A stretch of DNA of 64,000 nt from Acidimicrobiales bacterium (GTDB taxonomy: Bacteria; Actinomycetota; Acidimicrobiia; Acidimicrobiales; SZUA-35), in assembly GCA_047974625.1 (NCBI GenBank), contig JBKECK010000042.1, forward strand, positions 3,320-67,319. Direction: 5' to 3'. A program made the translations under genes and the position numbers. Of the stretch, positions 63,807-64,000 are shown in pieces. The notes under the pieces were generated by a model. That model saw only the letters and a list, made by a program, of their open reading frames with translations, had not been told where the DNA came from and searched no databases. Every line of letters begins with the position of its first letter. The stretch's first letter is position 1.

Positions 63807-64000
63807 ATGGTCTGGACCGTGTCCGGGCGACCTTCGATGATGAGGCTCTTCCGTCGTTTCTGTGGGTCATCTTCCGGGGAGGGGCGGCAGGACTGTCCCA
63901 TAGTCGTGGGGGTGGGGTTCTGACCTGGGGTTTTGGTCTGGTCCGGCCTTTTGAGGCGCGCGGGCGCCCACGATCCCCGCTGCTCGCCCGCCGGACTTGA

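Noticed and set aside
63536-63901. 121-aa minus-strand ORF
   Set aside because: Its 3' end overlaps the 5' end of tRNA-Gln by ~15 nt and it reads through the long palindrome. Its codon usage is poor, so it is most likely non-coding.

Overview
This is a high-GC chromosome segment of actinobacterial type, densely coding on both strands. I support about 60 CDS and 2 tRNAs (Gln-CUG, Glu-CUC). There is no rRNA, no CRISPR array and no intact mobile element. Lineage clues are an imuA'-imuB mutasome behind a mycobacterial-type SOS box, an Rv3806c-type decaprenyl-phosphate phosphoribosyltransferase, several F420-linked genes (cofC/fbiD, F420:NADPH oxidoreductase, LLM oxidoreductase, DDN-type and PPOX-type proteins) and two PIG-L deacetylases.

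Gene blocks from left to right:
- (1) 1-6.5 kb: a minus-strand synthase-type exopolysaccharide locus (processive GT2, WecB, GH5-like, secreted DUF2334, TetR).
- (2) 8.2-11.1 kb: larE-larB-larC (nickel-pincer cofactor synthesis) with no larA and an anomalous larE/larB junction.
- (3) 12.9-18.9 kb: a tryptophan-2-monooxygenase-like flavoenzyme with an orphan helical protein, divergent from a class V aminotransferase, a hydrolase and a deacetylase.
- (4) 19-23.4 kb: F420 redox genes, a methyltransferase and an acyl-CoA dehydrogenase.
- (5) 23.5-40.6 kb: a cell-envelope glycan region.
- (6) 40.6-43 kb: the SOS-controlled imuA'B genes.
- (7) 44.8-64 kb: housekeeping and salvage genes (rnhB, cofC, purK, upp, cdd, add, map, crcB pair, tsaC, tRNAs).

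The best candidate for an undescribed system is block 5. It contains a methyltransferase-UbiA-GT4 operon, a Wzx-like flippase translationally coupled to a HAD-IB phosphatase, and a glucuronokinase-like GHMP kinase. It also contains two full-length paralogous ~748-aa polytopic proteins that look like uncharacterised GT-C-type polyprenyl-phosphate-sugar transferases. The block is interrupted by an AT-rich scar carrying a transposase-like HTH remnant.

A second window-wide oddity is the abundance of short tandem direct repeats (12-54 bp units). Most lie in intergenic DNA, and one builds a (PSERTV)6 tail on WecB.

All calls come from reading the translations and DNA by eye. No database search was run.
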